Source: an uncultured Gemmatimonadaceae bacterium
Lineage (GTDB): Bacteria; Gemmatimonadota; Gemmatimonadetes; Gemmatimonadales; Gemmatimonadaceae
Length of the DNA: 64,000 nt
Reading direction: 5' to 3'
Assembly (NCBI GenBank): GCA_963751275.1
Contig: CAVVTZ010000007.1
Coordinates: forward strand, 1-64,000
Each line of letters begins with the position of its first letter. Position 1 is the stretch's first letter. Of this stretch, positions 20,334-29,172 are shown piece after piece. The position numbers and the translations under genes were made by a program. The notes under the pieces are model-generated. The model was not told the origin of the DNA and searched no databases. It saw only the letters and a list, made by a program, of their open reading frames with translations.

Positions 20334-21824
20334 ATGCCACCTGTCGTCAACACCGCCATGGCCGAACCCTCCACGCTCGCGAATCTCGACCTCGACGAAG
20401 CCACGATGCGCACGCTCGGCCGGCGCGTGGCCGATTTCGTCGCGGCGCATCTGGGTTCGCTGCGCTCCAAGCCGGCGTTCACCGCGATCTCGCGCGCCGA
20501 GGCCGACCGGTTGATCGCGGGCCCCCCGCCGAAGGGCGGCGCCGATTTCGAGACGATCCTCACGACACTGCGCGAGCGGGTGTTCGCGAACGCGGCGCTC
20601 GAGCCGCATCCCGGCTTCATCGCGTACGTGCCGAGCTCGCCCGCGTTCCCCGCGGTGCTCGGCGACTGGCTCACCACCGGATACAATTTCTTCGGCGGCG
20701 CGTGGCAGATCGCATCGGGGCCGAGCGAGGTGGAGGTGGTGGTGCTCGAGTGGATGCGCACGTGGATCGGCATGCCCGCCGGCGCGCGCGGACTGCTCAC
20801 CAATGGAGGATCGGGCGCGAACCTCACCGCGGTGGTCGCCGCGCGTCACGAGGCCGTGGGCGATGACGCGGCGCGCATCGCGCGCCTCACGATCTACATG
20901 TCGGACCAATCCCATTCGAGCGCCGTGCGCGCGGCGTGGATCGCCGGCGTGCCGCGCGCGAACGTGCGCCTGCTGCCGTGCGACGGCGAGTTCCGGCTGC
21001 GCGTGAATGAACTGGAGCGCGCCATCGCGGACGATCGCGCGAAGGGGATGATCCCGCTGATGGTGATCGCGAACGCCGGCACCACGAACACCGGCGCCGT
21101 GGACCCGCTGAACGCGATCGCCGACCTCTGCGCTCGCGAGAAACTGTGGATGCACGTGGACGCCGCGTACGGCGGATTCGCGGTGCTCACGCCGCGTGGC
21201 CGCATCGCGCTCGACGGACTCGGCCGTGCCGACTCGGTGACCATGGACCCGCACAAGTGGCTCTACGTGCCCTTCGAGTGCGGCTGTCTCATCGCGCGCG
21301 ACCCGAACCGCCTTCGCGACGCCTTCCAGATCCTCCCCGATTATCTCCGCGACATCGAGGTGCGCAGCGGCGAGGTGAACTTCGCCGACTACGGCGAGCA
21401 GCTCTCGCGCATGGCGCGCGGCATCAAGGTGTGGCTCAACGTGCAGTACTACGGCACCGACGCGCTCGCCGCCGCGATCGACTACAGCCTGGGCCTCGCG
21501 CCGGTGGCCGAGCGCGAGGTGCGCGCGAACCGCGAGCTGGAGGTGCTGGCTCCGGCGACGCTCGGCATCCTCTGCTTTCGCGCCGCTCCGGCGGGCGTCG
21601 CGGCGTCCGAACTCGATGCACTCAACGAGCGCATCCTCCAGCGCGTGAATGCGTCCGGCAAATTCTTCATCAGCTCCACGCGGATCCGGGGCGCTTTCTC
21701 GCTCCGCATTTGCCCGATCGGGCATCGCACGCGGGAATCTGATATGGTCGAATTGGTGCGAATGGTGGGAGAGTTCGCGAGTGACTCGAGCGCGGGAAGC
21801 GGGAAGCGGGAAGCGCCGCGTTAA
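20334..21824 (+). CDS. PLP-dependent group II (aromatic amino acid) decarboxylase
   Basis: AGTTNTGAVDPL, WMHVDAAYGG and DSVTMDPHKWLY motifs. Start at 20334 or 20358. Confidence 0.92.
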   Translation: MPPVVNTAMAEPSTLANLDLDEATMRTLGRRVADFVAAHLGSLRSKPAFTAISRAEADRLIAGPPPKGGADFETILTTLRERVFANAALEPHPGFIAYVPSSPAFPAVLGDWLTTGYNFFGGAWQIASGPSEVEVVVLEWMRTWIGMPAGARGLLTNGGSGANLTAVVAARHEAVGDDAARIARLTIYMSDQSHSSAVRAAWIAGVPRANVRLLPCDGEFRLRVNELERAIADDRAKGMIPLMVIANAGTTNTGAVDPLNAIADLCAREKLWMHVDAAYGGFAVLTPRGRIALDGLGRADSVTMDPHKWLYVPFECGCLIARDPNRLRDAFQILPDYLRDIEVRSGEVNFADYGEQLSRMARGIKVWLNVQYYGTDALAAAIDYSLGLAPVAEREVRANRELEVLAPATLGILCFRAAPAGVAASELDALNERILQRVNASGKFFISSTRIRGAFSLRICPIGHRTRESDMVELVRMVGEFASDSSAGSGKREAPR

Positions 21825-21891
21825 CCGCGCGGGAAGCGCTGTCCGTCCGTTCTCGCGTCCCGCGGCGCTTCCCGCGTCCCGCGTCCCGCGC
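21790..21891. repeat. 31-bp inverted repeat built from GCGGGA(A/C) heptamers
   Basis: GCGCGGGAAGCGGGAAGCGGGAAGCGCCGCG ... CGCGGCGCTTCCCGCGTCCCGCGTCCCGCGC; 2 mismatches, 40-nt loop. Confidence 0.85.
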
Positions 21892-21903
21892 CATAATAAG
21901 CAC

Positions 21904-22794
21904 ATGCTCAACATCGACCTAACAGGCAAACGCGCCCTCGTAGCCGGTGTCGCCGATGACGGAGGGTTCGGCTTCGCCATCGCCCATGCATTGGCCGAGG
22001 CCGGCGCGTCCGTAGTGGTTGGTACCTGGCCCCCCGCGCTCAACATCTTCCTGAACCTCATCGAGCGCGGGAAGATGGACGAGTCGCGGAAGCTGTCGAA
22101 CGGACAGCTGCTGCAGTTCGAGAAGATCTATCCGCTCGACGCGGCGTTCACGAACCTCGGCGAAGCGCCGGCCGAGATCCGCGAGAACAAGCGCTACAAG
22201 GACACCGGCGATTTCTCGATCGAGGGGATGGCCGCGCGGCTCGTGGCCGACTTCGGCGAGCGGCCGCTGGACATCGTCTTCCATTCGCTGGCGAACGGCC
22301 CCGAGGTGAAGAAGCCGCTGATCGACACGAGCCGCGCCGGCTATCTCACGGCGCTCAGCGTGAGTTCGTATTCACTCGTGGCCATGGTGAACCGCCTCGC
22401 GCCGCTGATGCGTCCGGGCGGCTCCTTCTGCTCGCTCACCTACATGGCGAGCGAGCGCGTGATCCCCGGCTACGGCGGCGGCATGTCCACGGCCAAGGCC
22501 GCGCTCGAGAGCGACACGCGCGTCCTCGCCTACGAAGCCGGCCGCGCGCACGGCCTGCGCGTGAACTGCATCTCCGCCGGCCCCCTCGCGAGCCGCGCCG
22601 CGAGCGCGATCGGCATCATCGAGAAGATGGTCGCCTACGTCTCCCACAATGCACCGCTCACTGAGCCCCTGCGCGCATCGGAGGTCGGGACTGCGGCGGC
22701 TTTTCTGTGCTCCCCGTTGGCCTCGGGCATCACGGGAACGGTGCTCTACGTGGACAAGGGGTACCACGCGATGGGGATGGCGATCCAGGACTAA
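21904..22794 (+). CDS. fabI: Enoyl-ACP reductase, plant/Chlamydia-type
   Basis: IDLTGKRALVAGVADDGGFG, GTWPPAL, IYPLDA, ENKRY, HSLANGPEV, YGGGMSTAKAALESDTR and ISAGPLASRAA. Confidence 0.95.
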   Translation: MLNIDLTGKRALVAGVADDGGFGFAIAHALAEAGASVVVGTWPPALNIFLNLIERGKMDESRKLSNGQLLQFEKIYPLDAAFTNLGEAPAEIRENKRYKDTGDFSIEGMAARLVADFGERPLDIVFHSLANGPEVKKPLIDTSRAGYLTALSVSSYSLVAMVNRLAPLMRPGGSFCSLTYMASERVIPGYGGGMSTAKAALESDTRVLAYEAGRAHGLRVNCISAGPLASRAASAIGIIEKMVAYVSHNAPLTEPLRASEVGTAAAFLCSPLASGITGTVLYVDKGYHAMGMAIQD

Positions 22795-22895
22795 CTGCGA
22801 CGGCAAGAGGGGAAACGGGAAACGGGAGGGAGTAGTGCCTAGGCACCACTCCCTCCCGTTTCCCGTTTCCCGTTTCCCCTCTTGCCGTCGCAGTT
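22793..22895. repeat. 103-bp near-perfect palindrome filling the fabI/Kir intergenic space
   Basis: Arms 22793-22840 and 22841-22895; one mismatch plus one extra GGGAAAC unit; centre CCTAGG. Confidence 0.92.
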
Positions 22896-23920
22896 CAGAT
22901 ACTCGGAAAGCGTATCGGAGGGTTGTCGATGACAGAAGCCCGATGGTGGTGCGCGGATTCCTCCGTCGCGCCCCGCTCCACCTCGTCCAGCTTCGCGACG
23001 TCGATCCGGATGATCCCGCCCTCGCCCGGCGTCGTGTAGATGCTCTTGAACCGCGCATCCCAATCGACTTCCTCCGCGCGGTAGGACGTGCGCGTGTGCA
23101 GCGTGGTGGCGAAGGTCTCGTCGTAGCCGGTGAGCAGGATCAGGAATTCCGCGTCGCTGTTCACGAGGTCCTCGTGCGTCAGCCCGTACAGCGGGCTCGT
23201 CTCGTCAATGGGATGCACGATCGTCCACGACAACGGGAAGAACACCACCTGCCGCCGTTCCAGCCCGAGCTCGCGGAACTGGCGCGACGGATGTCCGTTC
23301 TTCATCTCGAAGCGGCTCAGCAGCACCTTCGCCTGCAGCTCCACCATCTGCGTGTTCCGTTCGTTCGCGATCCGGAACTCGAACGCCGTGATCCCGCGGT
23401 ACGGCGCGATGATCGCGCGGCGGCTGAACCGGATGCGCACCACCGGCCGCGCGAAGCGCGCGAACACGATGCCCGTCGCGAGCGCCACCGCCATCAACCC
23501 CGCGATCGACTCGAGCGTCATCAGCATGTTCGCCACGGCGCCCACGGGATAGATGTTCCCGTAGCCGATCGTCGCGAACGTCTCCACCGAGAAGAAGAAC
23601 GCCTGCAGGAATCGCCCCTCGGGCATCCCCGTCGGCGGCGATGCGAGCGCGCCGCTGCCGCACAGCAGATAACCCACCGCGAAGAGCGCGTTGGCCACCA
23701 GGTACAGCCCCGTCAGCAGCGCGAAGAAGCGCGCCCACGACATCGTGAGCAGCCAGTGGTACGGGCTCAGCGATTCGGCCAGGCTCAGCCCATCGCGCTC
23801 GACGTTGAACGTCCCGTCGCGATTCAGCAGCCGGTGGCCTCGCACATTCGAGACCACCGATCCGAAGCCGAGGTCCTTCTCCTCCTCGGCGGGCACGATC
23901 TTCGGCGCGTGCGCGGTCAC
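22895..23920 (-). CDS. Inward-rectifier potassium channel (KirBac)
   Basis: FFFSVETFATIGYG selectivity filter; FARFARP; SWTIVHPIDETSPL. GTG start overlaps the yfiT stop. Confidence 0.93.
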   Translation of the reverse strand: MTAHAPKIVPAEEEKDLGFGSVVSNVRGHRLLNRDGTFNVERDGLSLAESLSPYHWLLTMSWARFFALLTGLYLVANALFAVGYLLCGSGALASPPTGMPEGRFLQAFFFSVETFATIGYGNIYPVGAVANMLMTLESIAGLMAVALATGIVFARFARPVVRIRFSRRAIIAPYRGITAFEFRIANERNTQMVELQAKVLLSRFEMKNGHPSRQFRELGLERRQVVFFPLSWTIVHPIDETSPLYGLTHEDLVNSDAEFLILLTGYDETFATTLHTRTSYRAEEVDWDARFKSIYTTPGEGGIIRIDVAKLDEVERGATEESAHHHRASVIDNPPIRFPSI

Positions 23921-24444
23921 CAACCCTTCCCCGCCCGCAGCGTGGTGATCTGCGCCACGTGATGCTTCCCGTGCCATGCGTACTGCGCGGCCACCCAGTC
24001 CAGCGCCACTTTACCGTTCTCCGAATGGTTGTACGTGCGCGCCCATTGGGCCGGCGTGAGCGCGCGCCAGAGCGCGACCCAGCGCGCGTGGAGCGCGTCG
24101 AGCAGCGCGAGCGAACTCTCGACCGGTGCGCCGGCGGCGTCGGGGAGCTTCGCCCATTCCGCTTCGTCGTACGCCTTGACGTTCGGATTGTCCTCCGTGA
24201 GCGCGAAGCGGATGCGCACGTACGCGTTCACGTGGCTGTCGGGCACATGGTGCACCACTTGGCGCACGGTCCAGCCGCCCTCACGGTACGGCGTGTCGAG
24301 CTGCGCGGCGGTGAGCCCGCTCACGGCGGCTCGCAGCGCGGCGGGCGCGGCAGCGATGTCGGCGATGTTCCGCACGCGGATCTCCGGCGTGTACGCCGCC
24401 GGCGCCGTGAATTTCCCAATGGGGTAGCGGGGATCGGTGGCCAT
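23917..24444 (-). CDS. yfiT: YfiT/BstA-family (DinB superfamily) bacillithiol transferase
   Basis: DPRYPIGKF, QLDTPYREGGWTVRQVVHHVPDSH, YDEAEWA and YAWHGKHHVAQI. Confidence 0.9.
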   Translation of the reverse strand: MATDPRYPIGKFTAPAAYTPEIRVRNIADIAAAPAALRAAVSGLTAAQLDTPYREGGWTVRQVVHHVPDSHVNAYVRIRFALTEDNPNVKAYDEAEWAKLPDAAGAPVESSLALLDALHARWVALWRALTPAQWARTYNHSENGKVALDWVAAQYAWHGKHHVAQITTLRAGKGW

Positions 24445-24473
24445 GCGCTGAGCTGCCGGTTGAGGGGATATGG

Positions 24474-25610
24474 CTAAGACGGGGGCTTGCCGCCGAGTTC
24501 CGTGATGCGCGACAGCGCGAAGGAGATGTTCTGGGCCGCGCGCCGCGGCGCGCGTTTCGCGAATTCCGTATACGCGGCGATCGCCTTCGTGGTGTCGTTC
24601 TGCGTGTCGTACGCGGCGCCGAGCGAGAGATAGGGGTCCGCGAAATATGGCTCGAGACGCACCGCGGTACGAAGCTGCTCCGCGCCTTCCTCGGTGCGCT
24701 TCGCGCGCAGCAGCGCCTTGCCGTACCAGTAGCGCAGCGCGCCATCGGCCGGCGCGAGTTCCACCGCCTGCGCGTACTCCTCGGCGGCCGTCTTGTTGTC
24801 GGCGCGCATCAGGGCGAGGCGGGCGAGCTCCGCGTGGGCGGGGGCGAAGCCGAGGTTCTCCTCGAGCGCGCGGCTCTGCGCCTCGCGCGCGTCGGCGAAC
24901 TTGCCCTGCGCGGCGTACAGCAGGCCGAGCGCGTATTCGAACATCTCCTTCGAGTTGTAGAGGTACACGATGTGCTTGCGGTCGTCGCTGCGCATCGCGT
25001 CGAGCAGTTGCTCCATGTGCCGGCTCGCGCTGTCGTAGCGGGACATCTGCGTGTAGACCAGCGCGATCTCGAAATGGATGCGGTACCGCCCCTTCTTGCC
25101 GTCGCCCAGGGCGGCGGTGAAGCCGGCGATCGCGTCCGGATAGCGTTGGTTCACGTAGTTCACCCAGCCTTGCGACAGGAGATCGGGGGCATAGCCCCCG
25201 CTGAACGCCTTCTGGTCGAGCAGCGCCATGAGCGCTTCGTTGACGAACGGATTCCGCTCCCAGGCGCGGTATCGCACCGAGTCGGCGGCGATGACCTCGT
25301 GCTTGTCCAGGACCATGGTGCTGCCATCGAGATAGTCCGGCCATTCGCCGACATTCGCCATCCAGAAGGCCACCCAGCGTCCGAAGATCGGCTCGGCGCG
25401 CGTCGGGTCGTGGCGCCCGGCCCAGTAGAACGCCGCGTCCGCCTTCCCCGCCATCCGCGACAGCTGGTCGACGCCGATGTCGTAGTACGATTCCCAGTCG
25501 TTGGGGTCGTGGTTCTTGTCGATCTTGGGCGGCAGCATCGGCTCCTGCGCGCGGAGCGGCGCCGCGAGGAGCGGGACGAGCGCGAGGAGCGGGAGGAGCA
25601 GGGGTTTCAT
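24474..25610 (-). CDS. Exported tetratricopeptide repeat protein
   Basis: Signal peptide MKPLLLPLLALVPLLAAPLRA; C-terminal TPR repeats (AVELAPADG..YWYG, AVRLEPYFADPYLSLG). Confidence 0.85.
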   Translation of the reverse strand: MKPLLLPLLALVPLLAAPLRAQEPMLPPKIDKNHDPNDWESYYDIGVDQLSRMAGKADAAFYWAGRHDPTRAEPIFGRWVAFWMANVGEWPDYLDGSTMVLDKHEVIAADSVRYRAWERNPFVNEALMALLDQKAFSGGYAPDLLSQGWVNYVNQRYPDAIAGFTAALGDGKKGRYRIHFEIALVYTQMSRYDSASRHMEQLLDAMRSDDRKHIVYLYNSKEMFEYALGLLYAAQGKFADAREAQSRALEENLGFAPAHAELARLALMRADNKTAAEEYAQAVELAPADGALRYWYGKALLRAKRTEEGAEQLRTAVRLEPYFADPYLSLGAAYDTQNDTTKAIAAYTEFAKRAPRRAAQNISFALSRITELGGKPPS

Positions 25611-25672
25611 GGGGCCAATATGCGACCGCCCGGTCTGGCGCGCGACCGGCGCGAAAGGCAGAATGTGGGGGT

Positions 25673-25833
25673 GAGAGTGGGGAATTCCTGCTGGACCAAC
25701 GAACTGCGACGTTGGACGTTGGCCCGCGTGGGAACTGGGGAATAAGAGTGGTTACCACTCTCAGCAACCAGGATCTACGCACGCCAACGTCCAACGTCGC
25801 CCTCCGTTCGTCCAGGAGGAATCCCCCACTCTC
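25673..25833. repeat. 161-bp imperfect palindrome (80-bp arms, no indels)
   Basis: Arm 25673-25752 versus the reverse complement of 25754-25833: 63/80 identical by manual count; core GCGACGTTGGACGTTGGC. Confidence 0.85.
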
Positions 25834-25860
25834 CTCCAGCTCCCACTCCCCCGAGGCGGA

Positions 25861-26772
25861 ATGAATTTCGACGCGAAAGATGTCCTCCTGTTCGCGCTGT
25901 CCCTCTTCACGGCGTGGTATCTCTACCGCCTCACCATGGCCTTCCGCGCGAACCGGGCCGATCCCATCCCCGGCACGAGCGTCAATCCGAGCGGGCCCAC
26001 CGTCGCGACCGGCTTCGTCACGAACTTCTTCGACACGCTGGGGATCGGCTCCTTCGCCACCACCACGGCGATCTTCCGCCAGTTCCGGATGGTGCGCGAT
26101 GAGTTCGTTCCGGGAACGCTGAACGTGGGGCACACGATCGGCGCGATCCTGCAGGCGTTCATCTTCACGAAGCTCGTGCCGGTCGAGGCGCGCACTTTGA
26201 TCCTGATGATCGGCGCCGCCGTCGTGGGGGCGTGGCTGGGCGCGGGTGTCGTGTCGGACTGGCCGCGGCGGCGCATCCAGATCGGCATGGGCGTGTGCCT
26301 GCTGGGCGCCGCCGTCCTGCTGACGATCAAGGTGCTCAATGTCGGGCCGGCCGGCGGCGATCTGCTCGCGCTCACCGGACCCAAGCTGGCGATCGCGATC
26401 GCCGTCAACATGACGCTCGGTGCGCTCATGACGCTCGGGATCGGGCTCTATGCGCCGTGTCTCATCCTCGTCGCCATGCTCGGCATGGATCCCCACGCCG
26501 CCTTCCCGATCATGATGGGGTCCTGTGCGTTCCTCATGCCCGTGGCCAGCGATCGCTTCATGCGGAAGCGCCGCTATGATCCGGGTGCTTCGGTTGGGCT
26601 GGTGATCGGCAGCATCTTCGCAGTGCCCATCGCGGCGTTCATCGTGCAACAGATGAATCTCGTCGTGATCATGTGGCTGGTGATCGTCGTCGTGGTCTAT
26701 GCGGCGGTGGGCCTCCTGCGAGCGGCCTTGAACGAGGCACCGGCGGCGGCGGCAGGGGTGCCAACGCCCTAG
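25861..26772 (+). CDS. TauE/SafE (sulfite exporter) family permease
   Basis: TNFFDTLGIGSFA, PGTLNVG, GALMTLGIGLYAPC and AFPIMMGSCAFLMP; many TM helices. Confidence 0.85.
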   Translation: MNFDAKDVLLFALSLFTAWYLYRLTMAFRANRADPIPGTSVNPSGPTVATGFVTNFFDTLGIGSFATTTAIFRQFRMVRDEFVPGTLNVGHTIGAILQAFIFTKLVPVEARTLILMIGAAVVGAWLGAGVVSDWPRRRIQIGMGVCLLGAAVLLTIKVLNVGPAGGDLLALTGPKLAIAIAVNMTLGALMTLGIGLYAPCLILVAMLGMDPHAAFPIMMGSCAFLMPVASDRFMRKRRYDPGASVGLVIGSIFAVPIAAFIVQQMNLVVIMWLVIVVVVYAAVGLLRAALNEAPAAAAGVPTP

Positions 26773-26943
26773 CGAACGGTCGTCCGGATGACGGATTCGA
26801 ACTATTAGAGAAATCGAAACTTCTAAGTGTTACATTCGTCATTCGGCTGTTGGAGTGCGGCTCGCCCGGAAACCGCGGCCCGTCGCTCCTCCCCGGGGCC
26901 AAACCGGCCGGGTATCGGGGTACTAACCCTCGCAGGAGGAACT

Positions 26944-27547
26944 ATGCGTCGTCTTCTTCTCATCGTTGCAGCGGTAATTGGTACTGCATTCGTCGCGAAC
27001 ACCGCGTCGGCGCAGGTCGATACGCACCACGGCTTCTATGCCAGCGTCGGCGGCGGCTACGGCTCGCAGACGACCAGCTTCACTTTCGATGGCGAGAGCG
27101 ATGGCACCGAGTCGTTCATGGCGACCACGTGGTACGCGCAGGCCGGCTGGGGGCTGAAGCCGCAGTGGGCGTTCGGTGTCGAGGCGAACTATCTGAAGGG
27201 CTCGTGCGGGTTCTGCGGTGGCGAGGAGCACCTGACCGCGCTCTTCTACACTGCGGCGGCCACGTGGTACCCCAAGGCGAACGACAATTTCTTCCTCAAG
27301 CTCAATCTCGGGTATGGTTCGGTGGAGGACCAATTCAGCGGGGGCTCGACCACGGAAGGCGGCTTCGCCGGCGGTAGTCGGCATCGGCTATGACTGGGCG
27401 ATTGGCAAGGGCGGCTTCATCGTGAAGCCGTTCGCGAACTATCTCAGCCAGTTCTCGGAATCGACATTCAGCGGCTCGTTTGGGACTGGCGAGAAGGGCC
27501 GCGTGCAATTGCTCCAAATCGGCGTCGGTCTCGGCTTCAAACACTAA
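26944..27547 (+). CDS. Outer-membrane 8-stranded beta-barrel protein, paralogue 1 (frameshift near 27377)
   Basis: AGGAGG SD; signal peptide; amphipathic strands; continues as GIGYDWAIGKGGFIVKPF...GVGLGFKH in 27314..27547. Confidence 0.8.
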
Positions 27548-27629
27548 GCGCGACTCAATGATCGCCAACGGGGTTGCGACGAATTCGCGATGTGCCTCGT
27601 TGGGTGAATCCACCCACTTTGGAGCCAAC

Positions 27630-28244
27630 ATGAGAAAGCTCTCGACCTTTGCTGCACTTGGAATCGCAAGCCTCTTCGCGGCTGGCACGCTCTCCGCGCA
27701 GACCGACACGCATAAGGGGATCTACGCCAGCGCCGGCGTCGGCTATGGCGCACAGACCTTGAGCCTCACGCTCGCTGACGGCGACAACGGCGGCTCAACC
27801 GCGAGCCAGGAAACCACGTGGTATGGGCAGATCGGCCTCGGTGTGAAGCCGCAGTGGGCGTTCGGCGTTGAGTTCAATTACATGAAGAGCGGCTGCGATG
27901 AGTGCGGCGGCGGCAACACGCACATCACGAACTCGTTCTATTCCGCGGCGGCCACGTACTATCCCAGCGCGACGAACAATTTCTTCCTGAAGCTGAATCT
28001 CGGGTACGCGCAGAACCAGGTGGCTTTCACGGGTTCGAGCTCCGATACCGAGGGTGGCTTCGCCGCCGGCCTTGGCTTCGGTTACGATTGGGCGATCGGC
28101 AGCGGGGGCTTCATCGTCAAGCCCTTCGCCAACTATCTGGCGCAGGTCTCGAGCGCCACATACAGCGGCGGCGGCAGCGTCTCCGGCGAGAAGGGACGCG
28201 CGCAATTGCTGCAGTTCGGCGTCGGCATCGGCTACAAGCACTAA
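27630..28244 (+). CDS. Outer-membrane beta-barrel protein, paralogue 2
   Basis: GGAG SD; signal peptide; NFFLKLNLGY, GYDWAIGSGGFIVKPFANY and GVGIGYKH. Confidence 0.85.
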   Translation: MRKLSTFAALGIASLFAAGTLSAQTDTHKGIYASAGVGYGAQTLSLTLADGDNGGSTASQETTWYGQIGLGVKPQWAFGVEFNYMKSGCDECGGGNTHITNSFYSAAATYYPSATNNFFLKLNLGYAQNQVAFTGSSSDTEGGFAAGLGFGYDWAIGSGGFIVKPFANYLAQVSSATYSGGGSVSGEKGRAQLLQFGVGIGYKH

Positions 28245-28264
28245 GCACGTCGTTCCTGCATGCC

Positions 28265-28301
28265 AAAAGGGGGCCCGTCGCGAGAGCGGCGGGCCCCTTT
28301 T
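28265..28301 (+). terminator. Intrinsic terminator (possibly bidirectional)
   Basis: AAAAGGGGGCCCGTCGC-GAGA-GCGGCGGGCCCCTTTT. Confidence 0.85.
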
Positions 28302-28444
28302 CTCGCCCTGGGACGGCCGTGACGGCCGGGGTGCCTCCGGCGTCCATCCGCCAGATGTATTGGCGGTCGCGACCTGGCCGCCCATGTTAGTTCGCAACGT
28401 GCCCGGCCGGTCCGGCCGGGACATCCACCCTCGCAGGAGGAAAC

Positions 28445-29047
28445 ATGCGTAAGCTCACGCTCCTCGCAGCACTCGCGGTGCCGGCCGTATTCGCGGCCAC
28501 CTCGCTGTCCGCCCAGGCCGAAACGCGCACGGGCTTCTACGTCAGCGGCGGCGGCGGCTACGGCTCCCAGACGGCCGATGCCAGCAGCGGCGGGGAATCG
28601 CAGAACGAGAGCGGCAGTGGAGCGACCTATTACGCGCAGCTCGGTTGGCTCCTCAACCAGAAGTGGGCGATCGGCGCCGAGTGGAACTATGCCCAGACGG
28701 GCTGCGGCGATTGCGGTTCGGGCCAGCACATCACGAACAGCTTCTATTCGGCCGCGCTCACCTGGTTCCCGATGGAGAAGAATAACTTCTTCGCGAAGAT
28801 CAACCTCGGCTACGGCGGCAACGAGATCAGCGGTGACGGCGAGTCGGCCTCGGAGATGGCCTTCTCCGGCGGCATCGGCGTCGGCTTCGACTGGGCGATC
28901 GGCAAGGGCGGCTTCATCGTGAAGCCCTTCGCGAATTACTTCACTCAGTTCTCGAAAGGCACGTATGGCGGCTTCTTCGCGGGTGACGACGTTCAGGGCA
29001 CGGGCGGCCTGTTCCAGGTCGGCGTCGGCATCGGCTACAAGCACTAA
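28445..29047 (+). CDS. Outer-membrane beta-barrel protein, paralogue 3
   Basis: AGGAGG SD; signal peptide; same strand motifs as paralogues 1 and 2; ends GVGIGYKH. Confidence 0.85.
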   Translation: MRKLTLLAALAVPAVFAATSLSAQAETRTGFYVSGGGGYGSQTADASSGGESQNESGSGATYYAQLGWLLNQKWAIGAEWNYAQTGCGDCGSGQHITNSFYSAALTWFPMEKNNFFAKINLGYGGNEISGDGESASEMAFSGGIGVGFDWAIGKGGFIVKPFANYFTQFSKGTYGGFFAGDDVQGTGGLFQVGVGIGYKH

Positions 29048-29070
29048 GCACGAAGTTGCAGCAGGCCAGC

Positions 29071-29108
29071 GGGGCTCGTCGCGCAAGCGGCGGGCCCCGT
29101 TTCTCTTT
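29071..29108 (+). terminator. Intrinsic terminator, paralogous to 28265-28301
   Basis: GGGGCTCGTCGC-GCAA-GCGGCGGGCCCC followed by GTTTCTCTTT. Confidence 0.8.
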
Positions 29109-29172
29109 CGCGGACCCCGGACCGCCCCGGCGCGCGGGGGGTAGCAGTCCCACCACGCTCACGGAGCCGTGA

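Noticed and set aside
22788..22899. Integron attC-like site (GACTAAC ... GTTCAGA around a hairpin)
   Set aside because: Poor RYYYAAC/GTTRRRY match, no extrahelical L-box bases, flanked by convergent housekeeping genes, and no integrase or cassette array.
23917..26649. 910-aa minus-strand ORF
   Set aside because: Only the last 175 aa (from 24444) is YfiT; the rest is an off-frame or antisense shadow of the TPR and tauE genes in high-GC DNA.
26816..26842. ECF-type promoter GAAAC-N16-CGTC before barrel gene 1
   Set aside because: Plausible, but not clearly repeated before the other paralogues or the ECF gene, so support is too weak.
27370..27385. Programmed frameshift or phase variation at the gene breaks (also ~17745, ~51500, ~56555)
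   Set aside because: No slippery heptamer or long homopolymer at these sites; single-base sequencing errors are more likely.
26944..29047. Heme c binding motifs in the barrel proteins
   Set aside because: The motif is CxxCG, with His several residues later; it is not CxxCH.
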